Positions 59,891-64,000 of a stretch of DNA of 64,000 bases are shown one piece after another. Where the stretch lies: positions 1,888,001 through 1,952,000 of the forward strand of contig CAWIIP010000002.1 in NCBI GenBank assembly GCA_963836235.1. The letters are read 5' to 3'. The notes under the pieces are model-generated. The model had not been told where the DNA came from. It was given only the letters and a program-made list of their open reading frames with translations, and searched no databases. The position numbers and the translations under genes are program-made. Within the stretch, counting starts at the first letter, position 1. Each line of letters begins with the position of its first letter. This DNA comes from an uncultured Pseudomonadota bacterium. GTDB lineage: Bacteria > Oederibacteriota > Muellerivitia > Muellerivitales > Muellerivitaceae.

Positions 59891-60139
59891 ATGGCTTCCG
59901 ATGACCCCATTGAACCCATCCACGGCATTGAACCCATGCAAATGCGCCCCACCCAGGGTCTGCGAAATAGGGGTTATTATGTCTTCGCCCGATTCCTGGA
60001 AAACCTGGTGAAGTGGAAAAGGTTCGAGCTTTCCAATGACCGAAATAAGTCGAAACAAAGAAGAGCAAAACCCGAACCCGATACGGTGGAAGCTGCCGAT
60101 GAATCCGAAAAGACTTCGGAGTTCGACATCAAGGCTTGA
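59891..60139 (+). CDS. Hypothetical protein (82 aa)
   Basis: GAGGT RBS; ends EFDIKA. Confidence 0.55.
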   Translation: MASDDPIEPIHGIEPMQMRPTQGLRNRGYYVFARFLENLVKWKRFELSNDRNKSKQRRAKPEPDTVEAADESEKTSEFDIKA

Positions 60140-60287
60140 TTCGAAACTGGGGTTAGAAAAACCTTAGCGGAAATCAAAAGGGGATTGGGCCGAAACGTCG
60201 CGCCAAAGTCATTCGGCCTCTTGAGTTCGAGCTTTTTATTCTTCTTTTTGTTCCGCGGTTCCTTAACCCGAAAGTTATAATCCAAAA

Positions 60288-61409
60288 ATGAAAAAGTGGC
60301 AGATCATGGATCTTGTCCGAAGCTTCTCGATTTTGGCGGTTTTGGCCGTTCATTCGAGTTCGTTCTTGAAGCCCTCCGATCAACCCATTACCCAAGCGGC
60401 CTTCCACCTGTTCGAAAGAAATGGCGGTTACGGGGTTTTTATTTTCTTCGTTGTTTCGGGCTTTCTCATTTCGCATGTCATCGCGGATAGCCGCGGAAAT
60501 TTCTTCAACCCTAATTTCCGTCAGTTTTATTCCCGTCGGATTGGCCGGATCGTGCCTCTTTTGGTCCTGGTTATTTTAGCGGGGGTCTGCTTCGACTGTC
60601 TTTTGTCTCATGATTCTCTAAAGGTTCAAAAATGTTTCGGTTTGGAACAAACCGGCCCATGGTTTTGGCTGTCTATGGCCACTTTTACACTAAATTGGTG
60701 GGTTTTTTTCAAACCCGGGATGCTTCTGGGAAGCCTCTGGGGAGTGCTGTGGTCGCTCAGCATTGAGGAACAATATTATTTTATTTTCCCCATCGCCCTC
60801 AAAAAGCTCGGAAAGCCTAAAAATCTGGTTTTTTCCCTTCTCGCTTTCATCCTGGCGGGACTGGTTTGGAGGACTTGCGCTTATTTCTGTTTCACGACCT
60901 ATTGGTTCTACAAATTTTATTTTAACTCCCTGAGTTGTTTCGACCTGATCGCCTTTGGTATTTTGCTTTTCATCGTTTCAAGCCGTTTCGAAAAGTATTT
61001 CCAAAGGAACAAGGGACTAAGCCTCATCGTTTGCGGGACGGGTTTTTTATGGACGGCCCTCGTTTACGTCGGCACCTTTTACAGCGAAAAAATCGACCAA
61101 ATTTACGCTTCCACCGCCATGGGAGCCGGAGTATTCGCTTTCCTCTTGGGGGGCATGAACCTGGCTTTTTTCCAGTCGAAGTACTTGAAACTCCTCAGCC
61201 TTCCCGGAAAGTACTGTTATGGAATGTATCTGTTCCATTGGTTCGTTCTTTTCCTGATCGGCTCCAGCTTGCCGAAGATAAACTGTTTTTTGGGGTATTT
61301 TCTTTTTGTCGGCCTTACCACGGCCATCGCGGGATTTTCCTATCACGTCTTCGAAGCGCCGATGAATCTTTTTATTCGGAAATTATCGGAAAGTGGAGCC
61401 TCGAAATAA
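60288..61409 (+). CDS. Acyltransferase-3 (OafA/OatA-like) membrane O-acyltransferase
   Basis: D.VRSFSILAV..H, GVFIFFVVSGFLI, FYSRR..RI.P, WSLSIEEQYY, YGMYLFHW. Confidence 0.92.
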   Translation: MKKWQIMDLVRSFSILAVLAVHSSSFLKPSDQPITQAAFHLFERNGGYGVFIFFVVSGFLISHVIADSRGNFFNPNFRQFYSRRIGRIVPLLVLVILAGVCFDCLLSHDSLKVQKCFGLEQTGPWFWLSMATFTLNWWVFFKPGMLLGSLWGVLWSLSIEEQYYFIFPIALKKLGKPKNLVFSLLAFILAGLVWRTCAYFCFTTYWFYKFYFNSLSCFDLIAFGILLFIVSSRFEKYFQRNKGLSLIVCGTGFLWTALVYVGTFYSEKIDQIYASTAMGAGVFAFLLGGMNLAFFQSKYLKLLSLPGKYCYGMYLFHWFVLFLIGSSLPKINCFLGYFLFVGLTTAIAGFSYHVFEAPMNLFIRKLSESGASK

Positions 61410-61545
61410 CCTTCTTTAGTCTTCCTCAATCCATCGGGGCGAAAAAGAGGAAACTCTGAACCCGAAGGCGCGTTACCCTTCCTTTTGATTTCAAATGGTT
61501 TGCGGTAAAATGCCGCTCTGAATATTTTTTAATGGAGGCCGGAGT

Positions 61546-62103
61546 ATGAAGAGGAAATCCATCAACTTTTTTTATTTAGTCCTTTCAGTCTTTTTTTCAG
61601 CTAGTTCGATTTTAATGGCCCAGGAGGCCAAACCCACGCCGGCGGCCCGAAAACCCATCATCGTTCGATGGAACACGATGAAAGGCATGAATTACTACCT
61701 TTCCGGCGTCAAGGTCAATGACCATGCCAGCTTGGAAAAGATTATCCTTCCCTTGAATGATCCGGAAGCGACAAGGCTTTTAAAATTATCCGAAGATTCG
61801 AAGGACTCCGGAGTTTTTTTTCTAGTGGCCGGACTGCCCCTCACCCTGGGCGGGGGGATAGTGGAGGGGGTCGCTTATAACCACGGCATCAACAGCGATA
61901 CCGGCGCGGAAGTAGCCGGCGGGATTGGACTGATCGTTGGATTAGTCGGCGATTATGTCGGGCTTTTTAAGCTGGCGGAATCCCAAACCTCCCAATTCGC
62001 GGCCGTTCAGCGGTATAACCTGATCGTCACCGGGAATGGGGACCTTTCCTGGAACCAACCCAAGCCTTCCCTGAATCTGGCGTCGTTAACCATTCCTTTT
62101 TAA
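61546..62103 (+). CDS. Hypothetical secreted/membrane protein
   Basis: Signal peptide plus two Gly-rich hydrophobic segments. Confidence 0.65.
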   Translation: MKRKSINFFYLVLSVFFSASSILMAQEAKPTPAARKPIIVRWNTMKGMNYYLSGVKVNDHASLEKIILPLNDPEATRLLKLSEDSKDSGVFFLVAGLPLTLGGGIVEGVAYNHGINSDTGAEVAGGIGLIVGLVGDYVGLFKLAESQTSQFAAVQRYNLIVTGNGDLSWNQPKPSLNLASLTIPF

Positions 62104-62134
62104 TCACGGTGACTGAACCTTTGGACGGGCCCAA

Positions 62135-63037
62135 GTGATTTATTGCTACGGCGTCACCGCCATCAGCCGCATTTACCGCCTTCAATCGGATTTTCCCAAG
62201 GCCAACGGCTATGCCGAAGTGATCGCGGAAAAGGATAATATCGGCGGGGAAGCGGTAGGGACGGCCATGTGCCTAGCCCGGTTCGGGCACCAGGTTACGC
62301 TGGACGGCTTGAAAGTCACGACACGGGGGCAAGGCAGGGAAGTTTTCAAGAAGCTCGAGGGGCTCGGGATCGACGCTTCCCGAATCAAATCTTCCCGGTT
62401 GAAAGTGGGCGCGGTGGAAGCGGTTTATTCGGACAAGACCACCCGAAGCGTTTTCGCCAATTACGTCCAGACCTTCGCGGATAGTTCCAACCGCAACCCA
62501 CCTTCCGCCGCCCTGATTCGCGAAGCCGCCCATGTCATGATTGATCCCTTCCTGAAAGGGGACTCGGCCCTGGCCGCGCGATTGGCCCGGCGGCACCGAA
62601 TCCCTTACAGCCTCATGGATATTCACCATCACGACCCCGCTCTTTCCCCGGCCGCCTCCGTCATCTTGTCCGGGGATTTTACCGGCCAGTTTTATCGGGG
62701 CAAAAGCGTCCGGCAATTGTTTAAACTTTACCTATCGAGGATGTCGGGATTGTTGATCCTAACCCAGGGCTCCAAGGCGGTCTGGTATGGCCGCCGGGGC
62801 GGGCTGATCCGTATTGGGAAACCTTTTTCCGTGAAAGTGAAGGATACGACGGGAGCGGGGGATTCTTTCCGGGCGGGGGTGGTGCACGGTCTTTTAAGCG
62901 GCTGGCCCGATTCCAAGTCCATTACCTTCGCTTCGGCCCTGGCGGCCATGATCTGCCAGACTTTCCCGGGATGTATGGAAGGGCCTCGTCTTGAACAGGT
63001 GAAAAGTTTCATCAAGAGACGCTTTGGAAAATTTTAA
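62135..63037 (+). CDS. PfkB-family carbohydrate kinase
   Basis: GGEA..TA..LARFG; LTQGSK; DTTGAGDSFRAG. Confidence 0.9.
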   Translation: MIYCYGVTAISRIYRLQSDFPKANGYAEVIAEKDNIGGEAVGTAMCLARFGHQVTLDGLKVTTRGQGREVFKKLEGLGIDASRIKSSRLKVGAVEAVYSDKTTRSVFANYVQTFADSSNRNPPSAALIREAAHVMIDPFLKGDSALAARLARRHRIPYSLMDIHHHDPALSPAASVILSGDFTGQFYRGKSVRQLFKLYLSRMSGLLILTQGSKAVWYGRRGGLIRIGKPFSVKVKDTTGAGDSFRAGVVHGLLSGWPDSKSITFASALAAMICQTFPGCMEGPRLEQVKSFIKRRFGKF

Positions 63038-63049
63038 AGAGAGAAACTC

Positions 63050-63886
63050 ATGAATATCCCCTTCTTTCAAGTGGACGCTTTCGTGACGCGTGAACCTTTC
63101 TCGGGAAACCCGGCGGGGGTCTGTATTCTTCCGGGCCCCATGGATAGGCCTTGGATGCAGTCGCTGGCCATGGAAGTCAACCAGGAGGAAACGGCCTTTC
63201 TTTATCCCGAAAACGACGGCTTCCGCCTGAGGTGGTTCACGCCGAAGATCGAAGTGGCCCTTTGCGGTCACGCCACCTTGGCAAGCGCCCATGTGCTTTG
63301 GCATGAGGGAATCTTAAAAAAGGGTGAGGAAGCCCGTTTTTATACTCAGAGCGGGCTTTTGAAGGCCGGCCAAAAAGGGGATTTGATCGAATTGGATTTT
63401 CCGGCGAAGCCGACGGTTGTCTGTGAAAAACCCAAGGGACTGGAGAAAGCCTTGGGTACCTCGGTTCTCAGCTTGGGCCTTACCGGAACGGTTTATTTGG
63501 CGGAATTGTCCTCCGATCAGGCGGTAAGAAACCTCAAGCCCGATTTCAAAATGATGGAATCTTTCCTGAATCCCCAGTTGCACGGCGTCATCGTGACCGC
63601 CGCTTCGAAGGACCCAGCTTATGATTTCGTCTCCCGTTTTTTCGCTCCCTTGGCGGGAATTCCGGAAGATCCAGTGACCGGTTCGGCCCATTGCTGTCTT
63701 GGCCCTTTTTGGAAAGAACGGCTCCATAAAAATTCCTTTTCGGCCTATCAAGCCTCCTCCCGGGGCGGGGTTCTTCAAGTACGCTGTGAGGGCGACCGCG
63801 TCTTTCTGGGCGGGAAGGCTTTAACCGTTATTCAGGGTGAATTATCACAATTTAGCAAGGAGCGTCATGGCTCCAGGGGAGAATGA
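63050..63886 (+). CDS. PhzF-family isomerase
   Basis: QVDAF, GNPAGV, ETAF, LRWFTP..EV.LCGHATLA, EDPVTGSAHC. Confidence 0.93.
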   Translation: MNIPFFQVDAFVTREPFSGNPAGVCILPGPMDRPWMQSLAMEVNQEETAFLYPENDGFRLRWFTPKIEVALCGHATLASAHVLWHEGILKKGEEARFYTQSGLLKAGQKGDLIELDFPAKPTVVCEKPKGLEKALGTSVLSLGLTGTVYLAELSSDQAVRNLKPDFKMMESFLNPQLHGVIVTAASKDPAYDFVSRFFAPLAGIPEDPVTGSAHCCLGPFWKERLHKNSFSAYQASSRGGVLQVRCEGDRVFLGGKALTVIQGELSQFSKERHGSRGE

Positions 63887-64000
63887 AATGCCTGATTTTC
63901 AAACGATAGTCCAGGATAACCGCAAGGAACGGGAGAGACTTTCGGGCCTCGTGGCGGGCCTTCGGGAGGGGGATTTTCAGACCCGCCTGCCCAATGGTTG
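63867..64000 (+). CDS. 5' part of a possible DinB/MDMPI-like protein, cut by the window end
   Basis: AAGGAG RBS; ...ERERLSGLVAGL.E.DF..RLPNGW. Confidence 0.45.
   Translation, partial: MAPGENEMPDFQTIVQDNRKERERLSGLVAGLREGDFQTRLPNG

Overview
A GC-rich bacterial chromosome segment. The Thr/Pro-rich secreted proteins resemble those of candidate lineages such as FCPU426, but this is inference only. Core genes: a tRNA-Arg(ACG)-tadA-tRNA-Ala-tRNA-Ser-ffs-dnaX-ybaB-recR run, metH and tRNA-Asn. Accessory genes: a Cus-type RND metal efflux operon, malic enzyme, HicAB, VapBC and HigBA toxin-antitoxin pairs, a Fic protein, an AT-rich DUF262 + HEPN locus broken by IS30, three IS30 elements of two types, and surface/lipoproteins. 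The most striking unannotated pattern is that four unrelated genes (a SAM methyltransferase, recR, metH, a YfiT/DinB gene) each have a diverged 45-171 bp copy of their own 3' end, aligned to the stop codon, downstream in the same orientation. In three of the four, cargo genes lie between the gene and its copy. Behind the methyltransferase three such copies separate three stacked cassettes (Cus operon; malic enzyme + VapBC; HicBA). In the yfiT and recR copies the differences are mostly synonymous. Copy lengths vary and no integrase is visible in the window. This suggests a recurring gene-capture process that swaps in a foreign 3' allele and displaces the old one. All gene calls come from motif recognition by eye; no database searches were run.
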